Of a stretch of 32,936 nucleotides of DNA, positions 12,400 to 23,453 are shown piece after piece. Origin of the DNA: Sphaeroforma arctica JP610 (lineage: Eukaryota); NCBI RefSeq assembly GCF_001186125.1, contig NW_014039914.1:1-32936 (forward strand), read 5' to 3'. The notes below the pieces were generated by a model. It was not told the origin of the DNA, did no database searches, and saw only the letters and a list, made by a program, of their open reading frames with translations. The translations under genes and the position numbers were made by a program. Position 1 is the stretch's first letter. Each line of letters begins with the position of its first letter.

Positions 12400-15075
12400 G
12401 TGTGCTGAATATGGTCACATGCTAGCTCTTCGTAGTCAGATACTATCCATAGTACACATTGTTTACAGTTCAAAGAGCAGTAAAGCATAGTTTCTTCAAA
12501 AAGACGGTCGTGGGTTCGTTTAAATCTACCCCTGAACAAAGCATAATTACCGAAATTTAGGATACGATAGGATGCTTTGGCACGCACGCTCGTACATATT
12601 GTGGTAGCTGATAAATTTTGAACCAAATCAAATGCACAGGATCATCAGTGCTATCTTTATTTACAGAACTTTCTTATGAATTTTGTTGCTTTGTCCATCG
12701 GTTAAGCAAACAGCTTTCCATTGCATTTGGGAATGTCGAGGCTCCTTTTTAGCAAACCTGGGACACACTTGGTGAATAGGCTGAAGATGTGTGTATTGAG
12801 AATACTGACCCGAGCTGGATTGTTCTTGGCTCGAATCGAAATAGAATATTGTATTGATGGGGAAATCATTGAGCATTACCGGCTCGACAACACGATTGTA
12901 GGTCGATTCGGATATAACATAACAAAATATGCACATACATATTGTACACATATGTTATTATGCAATTTTATTGGTAAAAACTTGATAAGGTATTGGTACA
13001 ATTCTGGAAAATAAGCGTGTGTATCTTTACAAAGCTGTGAATTATAGTTGAGGCCTCCCCTTAATTGTCGTTTGAATTTGTGCAGAAGAAATTCAGTAGC
13101 TCTACTGTGGTGCACATGTCTAAGCTGATTAACAGCTCTACGTTCAATATTGACTAATTCAGCATATGGGGCTGTCAGCCAACGTTTTGGATCATTGCGT
13201 AGCATACGTGAATTTAAGGTTTGAAAATGAGAGAAACTATCAGATATCATCTTGTTTTGTGGTTCGAATTGTTGCAGGAGATTAACATGTGCTGTATCGT
13301 GTGCTCTATGTTGAGTTGTGAACTGATAGACGGTGAATTGTTGTACTATATTCTTAGCTGCCACATCGCTCATGTGTGTGCAACATCTTAGCGTGGTCTG
13401 GTGAAGGGATTGTTGTTTACAGGGAGGAAGCTGTTTGAGATCTCCCATCAATACAACACTTATATTACCGAATAAGTCTGCATCATTTTAAAAAATCTCT
13501 TGCAGTCTTTTATTTACGTAGTACATTTATAATACACGTCCGAGCTTCTGCCGCAGTCTCAAACGAACATCGGTTTTAAGAGGATGGTATGTATCTTTGC
13601 GATTGGATAGAGAAATCAAACTAGTCAGAGTTTCACCGTCAGGAAGTAAAATGGATGCAACTCCTGTAAATGCGCTGAAGCGGATCACGTGCAAGTGTTT
13701 GAGTTTTTATTTCACAGTATTGACAGACCATGCCTTACCCACTCCAGCCCCTCCTTGAATCCATATAACTTGTTGCTGAGGAGTTCTATGTGGGTTATCT
13801 TCATGAGGGTGAAGCCAAGAGTATATGTCCTGCACATCTGAATATCTGATAAATTTAAGTAATTTAGTTGCCATTTGGCTTTGCTGATTATCAAGGCGTA
13901 TATCGGGTGTTATGAAGTCCTCATCTAAGTAGAACGCGTATAGGTATTGTAGATTCGCTTAGGTTCTTGTTCGTTAAAAGGTTTGGCGGTTGGCGCGACG
14001 ACATCATATTTCGCACTATATATACTAGTCTCAGGTAAATCTCTCAGGGCTAACTTACAGTCTTCCGCCATGTATTGATCAAAAGACTGTAGACCTGCTG
14101 TGGGATTTAAAAAAGGTTCAGTGGAGTTATCCAGAACACACTCGAACTTGTTTATATCCGTCAAAATACTCTATGAATTTGTTGTCCACCTCATCCGTTG
14201 AGTTGTAACTCCGTATTTGATTTGATCTTCTATATTGTGGATATTGTCAGTTACTGATGCACGTATGCTCCCCGTGTAGTTATGATCCAATACTTTATAT
14301 CATATTGGGGGTTCTCTCTGATTTTGACCATGGGATGACGCCCCGCTTCCGAAATTTATTCAAGAGATCACGATTGTGTGTAGTGACCCATGTGCCACGG
14401 CCTAACATGGAAATCCAATTTAACCTTGTTCTGGATGAAGAAGTGTTGTTGCGAGGATTTTGTACATCAGCTAAATAGTGATCTAATCCATCAACATCAA
14501 GGGTATAGGGTGGTACACCAGAATGTATATCCCAGGGCCAGCGCAGAGTTAACACGTACCTTGCAAATTATTGGCCTGGGATTTGTTGCCTCCAATTTCA
14601 AAGTATGCTCTAGGTATTGTTGGCGAAGGTGCCCCTGTTAACATTGGAACAGAGAATTCCGATCTATAATAAACACAATACTGGCCGTGAAGAGGGTGTG
14701 CACTTTGGAAGTGGAAGAAGCCGTTCATTTTCCTAGAACCAGAGATGTTGGAGAATGTTGCATCTTCCGTCAACGCAGCCTGTGCAATTCGATTTTTAGT
14801 AGTGATCGATTTGTGATGCTGCAATCTTTTTGGTCACATAAGTTGATTGATCTCTTCTTCGTCAATATCCATGCTATTCTCTGCATCATAGTTCATGGGT
14901 TCAGATATGGAATCCGTTTCTTCGTTTACTATTTGCTCAGACGTAACTGACCCGGTATGAACAATGCCGTCTAAATCATCTCTGTGATATAGCATTGAGT
15001 AGAATATAGTGCTGAGATTGGGATTGACGAGCATTTCAATATTACTGTTATCTTGCATGTGATTGCCATTCACAC
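12400..15075 (-). pseudogene. Helitron RepHel pseudogene: linker and Pif1-family helicase
   Basis: Walker A IQGGAGVGK at about 13735-13765; motif Ia FSAFTGVASILLPDGETL; FGNISVVLMGDLKQLPP at about 13425-13475; QFTTQHRAHD. Helitron linker motifs FQSAHPLH...VPMLTG and LTLRWPW are present. Many stops and frameshifts; Walker B appears deleted. Confidence 0.85.
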
Positions 15076-15594
15076 TGTTAGAGTGCAATGTAGTAGACTT
15101 TAAATTAAGTGCAAATGTAAGTATTTATTTATGACCTCTCCTTTGGTTTTATACCTAAGGTGTTTGTTCTAGTGTTCAGCCGCTTGAGCTGGCCAGGGTA
15201 AAAACTCATATGATCAGTATGAGAAACCTTATGCAGAACACTTTAACACTTCGATGCTTTTCTATTTCAACTTCTCTGCAACTAAATCTCACGCTGATCA
15301 CATGATGCCTTTCCGCATAGGTTGCGACTCACATAGAACCGCAGGTATTTTTAGAATGTTGCGGTTGACAGACTTAATCCACTCTCGGGAATCGGTTGAG
15401 AAACTTCATCTGCTCTCGGAAGTCGGTTAAGTAATAACTTAACTCTTGGGGAGTATTTTAAGCAACTTGATTAGCTCTCGGGAGTGAGCTAACTCTGATG
15501 ACTTAGCTCTCAGGAGTGAGCTACCTCTGATGACTTCCATAAGTCAAAGATGATTTCTTGCTGTAAAATCTGGCCTGAGACCTGTAGTCTCTCA
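15076..15594. mobile_element. Solo LTR, family 3, copy 1
   Basis: Termini TGTTAGAGTG...CTGTAGTCTCTCA; degenerate 5-bp TSD CACAC/TATAC; homologous to 16759-17160 and 19336-19791. Removing it rejoins the Helitron frame. Confidence 0.8.
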
Positions 15595-15783
15595 TATACC
15601 ATCGGATGGAGCATCAAATGCTTCATTTCCACTATCTACACATTCGTGTGTGTTCATGTGGCAGATGGAAGATTGTTCAGATTCAATGTGTGTGTTTTGA
15701 TTAGCTTGTAAGGTGTCACTACCTACTGTCTAAGCGGTGTCTAAGTTGGCATGTGTTTTCTGATATAACCATTTACTTACACG
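15595..15783 (-). pseudogene. Helitron RepHel fragment between LTR insertions
   Basis: In frame with 16539-16743 once the solo LTR is removed (…ISPWH|VSKWLYQKTHAN…). Confidence 0.65.
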
Positions 15784-16538
15784 TGTAAGTTTCGGTCTAT
15801 CAAGGCGATATTAACGCCTTAGAGTAAATAAACGCTTAGGTTAAGTCTAAGTATATCAAAAATTAACAGTAAATAAACGAAATGAGTCTTCCAGTAAAGT
15901 TAGGTATGCCTCGTGAAAACAGCAATACTCTGAGGGATTGTGAGGCTGAGACGTTGCCTATATATAATCCTCTCAGTACTGTTTTCGCCGAAGGTATTTT
16001 ATTTAGTGTTTCGTTGTCGCTCTATTAGAAGCTATGGTATGTTTCGTTGGGGCGAATCCGAGAGACTCATAAAATCCTATCTTTAGAAAAAAAGAAAAGA
16101 AAAGAAAAAGACTTGATGTCCATAGTTATTGCATTAACCAATAACTTGCCACTTATCAAGAATTACCGACTTAGCCTTCATCAGACTGGCACATCTGGTT
16201 GGCTGAACGGAGGATAAACTAAGCAACGCTAATAGTCCTTAGAAACCTATGTTCGGTTGAGCCATCTCGCTACCGAAGTATTCAGATATAAATAGCTTTG
16301 GAAGGTAAATATAGTTCTATTAATAGAACTAGACAAATTTTATATTTGGTTTTTACTGGGGCCTTTTAATGGCCTTGTCCAAATATCTGATATGTAAAAT
16401 GGAAAAGGTATTAATTAATAAAACCGTTAACAACCATTTAAGGAAAACTGAGTTTATGCACTTTTAAGGGTACGTTTTACGTACTATTAAGAGTACGTTT
16501 ATATTACAAGATTCTAATGTAGAGGCCCGGCTTTTACA
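15784..16538 (-). mobile_element. Solo LTR, family 1 (same family as the LTRs of element A)
   Basis: 755 bp with TGTAA...TTACA termini; 4-bp TSD CACG/CATG (one CpG transition); closely similar to 17818-18714 and 32039-32792. Confidence 0.9.
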
Positions 16539-16758
16539 CATGCCATGGAGATATATACGTGTACATTAAGGAAGTGCTGTAGAAGTCTGATCTTTTAATA
16601 GGAACTGAACTGCTTTTTGTATAGCTATGCAGTCCATAGTATTGATCTGATTTATTATTCTCTGTAGGAATTGTGTCAATTCGGCGTGTGCGCGGTCGTG
16701 TGTGTGTATTGTGTTGGATATTGTTGTGTATGATCAAATGCATTGCATATGATATTCA
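16539..16758 (-). pseudogene. Helitron RepHel fragment
   Basis: Its frame (…SDFYSTSLMYTYISPWH) continues across the solo LTR into the downstream RepHel piece. Confidence 0.6.
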
Positions 16759-17160
16759 TGTTAGAGTGTAAGATGGTAGTCTTTGAATAAAGCGTAATTG
16801 TGTATCTTTATTTACAACCTCACCTTTGGTTTTATACTCAAGGTGTTTGTGCTAGTGTTCAACCGCTTGGGTTGGCCAGGGTGAAAACCCATATGGTCAG
16901 TATGAGAAACCTTTTGCAGAACACTTTAACACTTAGATATTGTTCTATAGCATAATCTCTGCTACTCCAAATGTTGCTTGGCTTTCAGAGCAATTATCTA
17001 CTAGGTATCGGCTTTCGGAGCAATGCTCTCATAGGAGCAAATGTTAACATCATGTGGTTAATAATTTGATCCGCTTTTCGGAGTGACGCAACTCTTGTGA
17101 TTTTATTCAAGAAAAAGAGTTTCTTGCTATTGAAACTTGCTTGAGATCTGTAGTCTCTCA
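16759..17160. mobile_element. Solo LTR, family 3, copy 2
   Basis: Termini TGTTAGAGTG...CTGTAGTCTCTCA; degenerate TSD ATTCA/ATCTA. Confidence 0.78.
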
Positions 17161-17817
17161 ATCTAGAACATCCATGAGAGGGTCATCGGGTTTGCTTATG
17201 TATTTCGAGGTATGGTAGTAAGAATTGATGGCTTGTAAGGCAGATCCCATCAAATACCATGCCTGATTGTACTCAAGCGCAGACATAGCGGCAGAGTTAA
17301 AATCTGGTACATATGTGCCCAAGCTATACATCTATCATCACCACGCCTATGCATGTTTTTTTTATACAGTTAACGGTTGTTCTGTAATGTCCGTAGTCGT
17401 GGTTATGGGCTCTGTGCTGAGAGTATCGTCCTCCTGGTTGTAGGACAAATTTTAAAATTGTGTAATTGGTTGAGTTGTAGAGGATTTCGCCAAACGACAT
17501 CCGATTTTACCAGATTTGCTCTTGGCTCATGTTTATGTGTGTTTATGCACTTGCGTGAGAAATAAATCTTTATCAATATCTTCATAGAAATTTGCAGGGA
17601 AATCACAATCTAGAACCTCTCGTGGGTGTGTAGCTACTGATCGTGGTTCTCTGTCTACGTAAAGATTTAATTCGTGATTATTGCTTTGCATATATTGGTT
17701 GTGGACACTCTGCTTCGCTTTGATTCATTTTTGTATTGAATATCGGTATTCGTGTATGTATACTAGACCTGGATTGAGTGTCTAGTGGTTCGTGCTTCAA
17801 ATTGACGTTACGCACAC
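17161..17817 (-). pseudogene. Helitron Rep (HUH endonuclease) domain fragment
   Basis: QVHKHT*T*AKSKSGKIGCRL at about 17490-17555 matches QxHxHTxTCxK...CRF. YVPDFNSAAMSALEYNQ...INSYYHTSKYISK at about 17190-17315 matches the Rep motif 3 (YxxKYxxK) region. Confidence 0.8.
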
Positions 17818-18714
17818 TGTAAGTTTCGATCTATCAAGGCGATATTAACGCCTTAGAGTGATTAAACGCTTAGGTTAAGTCTAAGTATAGTTAAATTCGA
17901 AATAAATAAACGAAATGAGTCTTGTAGTAAAGTTAGGTATGCCTCGTGAAAACAGCAACACTCTGAGGGATTGTGAGGCTGAGACATTGCCTATATATAA
18001 TCCTCTCAGTACTGTTTTCGCCGAAGGTATTTTATTTAGTGTTTCGTTGTCGCTCTATTAGAAACTATGGTATGTTTCGTTGGGGCGAATCCGAGAGACT
18101 CATGAAATCCTATCTTTAGAAAAAAAGAAGAAAAAAGTACTCTTGATGTCCATAGTTTTTGCATTGACCAATAACTTGCCACTTAGAATTACCGACTTAG
18201 CCTTCATCAGACTGGCACATCTGGTTGGCTGAACGGCGGTTAAACTAGGTAACGCTCATAGCCCCTAGAAACCTATATTCGGTTGAGCGATGTCCATAGT
18301 TTTTGCATTGACCAATAACTTGCCACTTAGAATTACCGACTTAGCCTTCACCAGACTGGCACATCTGGTTGGCTGAACGGAAGTTAAACTAGGTAACGCT
18401 CATAGTCCCTAGAAACCTATATTCGGTTGAGCAATCTCGCTACCGAAGTATTCGGATATAAATAGATTTGGAAAGTAAATATAGTTCTATTAATAGAACT
18501 AGACCAAATCTTTATGTTTGGTATTTTACTGGGGCCTTTTAATGGCCTTGTCCAAATATCTGATATGTAAAATGGAAAAGGTATTCATTAATAAAACCGT
18601 TAAAAACAATTTAGGAAACTTATGTTCCTCGTACTATTAAGAGTACGTTTATAGTTTACGACTGCTTAAAAGTACGTTTATTACAGAGTCTAATGTGGAG
18701 GCCCGGCCATTACA
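17818..18714 (-). repeat. 3' LTR of element A (family 1) with an internal ~144-bp tandem duplication
   Basis: TGTAA...TTACA termini; 18145-18288 is repeated at 18289-18432. Confidence 0.92.
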
Positions 18715-18729
18715 CAGCCCCCACCCAGC
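18715..18729 (-). promoter_or_regulatory. Polypurine-tract-like primer site of element A
   Basis: The minus strand reads GCTGGGTGGGGGCTG immediately before the TGTAA of the 3' LTR. Confidence 0.65.
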
Positions 18730-18853
18730 TTTGAGACCTAGGAGAAGCAAGTTGCTCACTCAAGCTGATTATGGGTCAAAAAGCGAGAAAAGAAAAACGG
18801 GTCGAAAACATTAAGTAGCATAACGTATAGTTAATGTTTCTCAGGCGGAGAAG

Positions 18854-20880
18854 TTAAGCGTTCTCGGTTACCCTGTGAGTTTTGGGCTTAGGTCCAGTAG
18901 GTCCGTGGTGGTCGACTGGACGTTTCTTACGCTTCAGTGTCTTAAGCACATATGAAGGGTGAGCATTAAAGCTCGGGATAAAAACTGTAGGCGGGTAAGT
19001 TTAAACTTCCGTGCCTTCAGACGATGGAAACATGCTATCTTTTTCAGCTTGTGACTTATGCAGCCGTTTACGCCATTTTCGATTGAAGGCTTTTAAATAA
19101 TCTAGATTATCGAAGGCATCTGAAGTCAACTCAGCGATTGTGCCGTCTATAAAACGTGTACGATAGTATGTATAGCCTCCCTTATCCGTTCTTCATATAA
19201 TGTCTTTAAATTCAGAACGATCAAGAGGGGCATTAGAGTCATGTCTTCTTGCGAGAATAATCTCAGTAGTCGGAATCCGATTAGTGCCTATATTTAAAGC
19301 ACTGGAACCGTCGGGGTTATTAACCTCATAGGTTCTGAGAGACTACAGTAGTAGAAGTATTTATATATACGTTAATAACGTTTTACGTCGTCAGCCCGAG
19401 AGTAATTTGGGATTTGTTCTCAAATTAATAAAAGTATAGATGGGTCAGCCCAAGAGAACGTAAGAGTAATTTGAGACTTCTTCTCAGATTATTCTATTTA
19501 TAGGATACGGGCCATCGGCTAGCCGAGAGCCGAGGTCCGAGACTGAGTGTAGTAACAGAGAATATGATATATTTATTTCTAGAAAATATATCCGAGTGTT
19601 AAAGTGTTCTGCATAAGGTTTCTCATACTGATCATATGAGTTTTTACCCTGGCCAACCCAAGTGTTTGAACACTAGTACAAACACCATCAGTATATAACT
19701 GAGGGTGAGATCATAAATAAATTCATTCGAATGCACCATACTTTAGATACACTAGCACTTTACTATTAGTCGCCCACACCGCACGCTATCATGTTCCACT
19801 TTTAACGTCAGCTACAGAGAGTATATATGGTCCTATCCATTTAGATGTTAAAACAGTAGCATCAGAATTACGTTGACGGATGTTAACTCTGTCTCCAACC
19901 TGATACTCTGCTATCTTTTTGGTAGCATTCCATCTATTTTGCCTCTTTAATAAGGCAATATTGCGTGTTTCTCGCAAGCAAGGATATACAACGTTATAAA
20001 TACGTTGTACCTTCTCTAACCATGGTAACTCGTGGTGATTAGGCTCGTCCTTGTTAAAAGGTATTTGTAACTCACTATATCTACCACGAAAATAGTGAGC
20101 TGGTGTTGTACCTGTAACCGGATCAGCACACTAGTTCATCTGTGCTTGTACCCACTTAAGGTTGTATGGCCAATCATCTGCATCATCCGTTAATGCAGTA
20201 CGTAAGAAGAACATAAGTCTTCTATGGCGCGTTTCATTCGTGCCTTGTGTTTGCGGTTTATATAGTACACCCCTTTTATGGCACATGCCTGATACGAGTA
20301 CTAACGATTCCATTACGTCATCGCAGAACTCGCTACCGTTATCAGTGCACATTATACCTGGCCACCCGTGGTCAGCAAAGACTTGGCAACATAATTCTGC
20401 CACGGTCTGCGTATTCGTGTCCATTAAAGGATAGAGCAAGTTATACCGTGACGCCACATCAAAGAAGTGCATACGTAACGGTCGCCTGTGTGCTCGGACG
20501 TAGGCAGGTCGCCATGGAACATCTTCAGTCACACTCTTAAGCGGTGCGAACCCAGAGCGCTTAATCTGGTTGAGATCACAGTCTGTACATGACTGATATA
20601 CTCTGTCAACTAAAGTTGCCAGCTTAGGGTGCGCGATCCCATTTCGCTTAGCATCTTTAAGTGCGTCTACTACGTTCTGGTGCTTCAGCTTATGGTTTTG
20701 CGTCAGCCAAGCAAGAATGTTTTCATCATTCTGCTCCTCTAGAATAAAGGTAGGGTGTTGAGAATCCACTTGCGTGGTCTCTAAGTCTGTAGTGTTTCCA
20801 GACTCCTGCCCTTCTTTCGCATGAGTATCATAAGAGCGCTCGTGTGCATTTGATACACCTGACTTATTTAATAGTCGCAT
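18854..20880 (-). pseudogene. Element A integrase (HHCC, DDE core, GPY, chromodomain-like tail), interrupted by a solo LTR
   Basis: H-x3-H...C-x2-C (NHKLKH...CTDC); FDVASRY; GWPGIMCTDNGSEF; YKPQTQGTNE; KWIGPY...SGT|YEV rejoined across 19336-19791. The segment carrying the first DDE Asp appears deleted near 20510. Confidence 0.88.
19336..19791. mobile_element. Solo LTR, family 3, copy 3 (opposite orientation to copies 1 and 2), inserted in the integrase of A
   Basis: The minus strand reads TGATAGCGTG...CTGTAGTCTCTCA; 5-bp TSD GAACA/GAACC. Confidence 0.85.
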
Positions 20881-21149
20881 TCTATGCTTCGGGAATATTT
20901 TTCATTAATCCCTTTAAAAATAGGGGTTGAAAGCCTTCGGGCTTGGACTTTATGTTATTAAACAGAGTCCTAGCTAGAGACTGATGCTTCTTAACTGTAG
21001 TGTCATTAGTAGATTGTATTTCTTGTGCACAGACTTCAAGTGCTGTGTTGCCTTTGAACTGCTTAACGTTCAATTTAGTAGAGAGTGGAATCTCTGATTC
21101 TTTGACCTTGTTAAGGAAGGTCTCAGAAGGGGTCCATTTGGTTGTTCCA

Positions 21150-21560
21150 ATGGGACTTATACAACATATTATAGTATGTCTCCAGGGCGTCTTCTGGACG
21201 GCTCGGGTACCCTGATATAGGAAAGTATCTACTTCTCTATCTAAATATATTGGCTCGCATTGTATCATACTTATTACTGTATTGAGCCATGGATCTTTAC
21301 TCCGTAATGGGCAACACACCGTGATGGTAGCTTTGTGTATATGAACATAATTTAGTAATTGGGCAATTAACTGCCATGGTGGATTAGCCCACGCATTATG
21401 GTCGGAGACGTCTAGTTGAAAGGCATCTCCTAAAGGATGATTTTGAAGTCCTGTAATTCTTAAGTTGTGCATTATAATCTGCAGCAAACATGTCAACTGT
21501 ATGTGGCCCAAATATCTTTTGAGCCAGTTCGAACCACCTGGGGTTACATTTCCAATCAGT
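21150..21560 (-). pseudogene. Dam-like DNA amino-(N6-adenine)-methyltransferase domain within the pol of element A
   Basis: TDWKCNPRWF...FGPHTVDMFAADYNAQL (motif I region), GDAF, and NAWANPPWQLI (NPPW at 21374-21385), followed by ATITVCCP...PW. One extra A in an A-run near 21442 splits the frame. Confidence 0.88.
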
Positions 21561-21980
21561 GGCTAGTATTTCACGTACGGATTCATTAAAGTCCGGTACA
21601 AAGCGTGATAACATATCCGGTAAATGGTTATGTATCCCTGGTAGATGTTTGATATCAAAATAAAACTTTAATATTGTATCATGACATCGGCTCAGTAATA
21701 GAGAGTCTGGCTTCATTTCCTTCATATATTGAAGGGACTTCTGATCACACATCAGCATAAAAGCTGTTCCGTATAAGTAATCGCGGAAGTGTGTTAAAGC
21801 TGCTACTATGGCTAGTAGCTCTTGCTTCACAGTTGGATAATTCAACTGTGTTGCATTCATTGCTCGGCTAAAGAATTGTATATACCTAGGTTTATTATCT
21901 ATAACCTGGTATGGTACACCTCCGAGTGCTAAGTCTGATGCGTCCGTTGCTATTTCAAAAGGCACGCCATAGACTGGTCC
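21561..21980 (-). pseudogene. Element A RNase H (Ty3/Gypsy type)
   Basis: TDASDLALGG, FFSRAMNATQLNYPTVKQELLAIV, CDQKSL, HNHLPDMLSR. Confidence 0.92.
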
Positions 21981-22880
21981 TTATACAACAGGGGTTTGTT
22001 GGACTGCGTGCTTGAGCGCTTTAAATGCGTCATCACACTCTTTAGTCCACAAGTCTCCTAGTTTGCCTTTATGACATCTTAAGTGTCCAAAGGGTTTAAG
22101 ATAATCAGCCAAGTGTGGTACTCCATCTGAAAAGAAGTTTACAAACCCACACATGCTGTTCACATCTCTTCCTGTAGTTGGTGTTCGCCAATCTAACAGG
22201 TGTTCCACCTTACCGGGGTCGATTTTAATACCTTCTCCAGATATACGGTAGCCTAAGAGTTGTATTTCGCTTATGGCGAAGTGACATTTCTTCTCGTTAA
22301 TCTTGAAGTTTTGTTCGTTGAGTCTCTTAAGGACTCGCCTGCCTAATGTAACATGTTCGCCCTTAGTCTTAGAAAAGATGACTATGCCATCTATATAGAC
22401 TTGTACGTTAGGCATGTCTGCAAACATTTCCTCCATTACTTGTTGGAAGAATGCTAGTAAGGAGTGCAACCCGAAAGATGCACCTCTAAACCTGTATTGT
22501 TTACCTTTCCAGGTAAATCTAAAATACTTACGATGTGGTTCATAAATTTGCATTTGATGGTACTCCTGTGTCAGGTCTATTGATGTAAACACCGTAGCAC
22601 TTTCCATTCGTCTCAGTAACTCGTTTATACGAGGGAGATGGAAACTATGAGTCGGCAATAACTTATTTATTGGACTCATATCTAGACATACTCTGACTTT
22701 CTTAAATGTTCCGTCAGAGTTGTATTGATCAACTGCCAATAATGCTAAGTTAACTGGCGTTTGTTGGTAATTGATTTCGATTACCCCATCGGATCACCAT
22801 TTCTCAACTTGTTCTTTAACTACAGCTTCGTGTCTCCAAGAAACATAGCTTCTTAAAGGGCATTTGAGCTTAGTAAAGTC
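21981..22880 (-). pseudogene. Element A reverse transcriptase
   Basis: RVCLDMSPIN, LPRINELL, SIDLTQEYHQ, FGL, YIDG (22386-22397), KCHF...LLGY. Contains stops and a frameshift. Confidence 0.93.
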
Positions 22881-22883
22881 TAC

Positions 22884-23453
22884 CTAGGTTAAGTCAAGGC
22901 TGACATATCCGTCGTTAAAACAGAATTTTGCCCAATCTGTGATTTTTATCTTCTTATTTACTAGAATCAGATCCATGATTTTGTCCGCAAAGTCAGGTAT
23001 TAATGCCTTGACTGTGTCTGACGGGGGCTTATATGGTTTCAGACAGTTATCGTCTGATTGATCCTTTAATGGAACTATGTTATTTGGTAAACCAGATACG
23101 GTTATACCTAGAGTGAGTAAGGCACTCATTCCGACTATTAAGTCGTACTTCTGTGACATCTTAACTATCACAGCTTGGGTAGTGATATTTCTATCATCGG
23201 CCAGGGAGATTTTAACATCTGTGGCCATGGCATCACACTTAGAAGTTTTGTCATCTGCTAAGATTAGGTGAGTAGTTTGAGTTCGCCTTTCAATGTCTTT
23301 CATTAATGCAAAGCGGTCGGATATACATGAAATTCCTGAACCAGGATCAATCAATGCAAGGACTTTATTTCCATTGCAATATACAGTGATTATTACACGC
23401 TCGTTTAAAGAGTCGTTGCATTTCCTTTGTAACGATTGTACCTGGTAGTACTT
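22884..23453 (-). pseudogene. Element A aspartic protease region
   Basis: ALIDPGSGISCIS ... YDLIVGM. Confidence 0.85.

Noticed and set aside
15195..15240. Hammerhead ribozyme in the family-3 LTR core
   Set aside because: No CUGANGA...GAAA core with the required three-stem arrangement on either strand.
20460..20515. RPAYVRAHRRPLRMHF as genuine integrase sequence
   Set aside because: It is an off-frame stretch between compensating indels; the alternative frame DLPTSEHTGDRYVC fits the integrase consensus.
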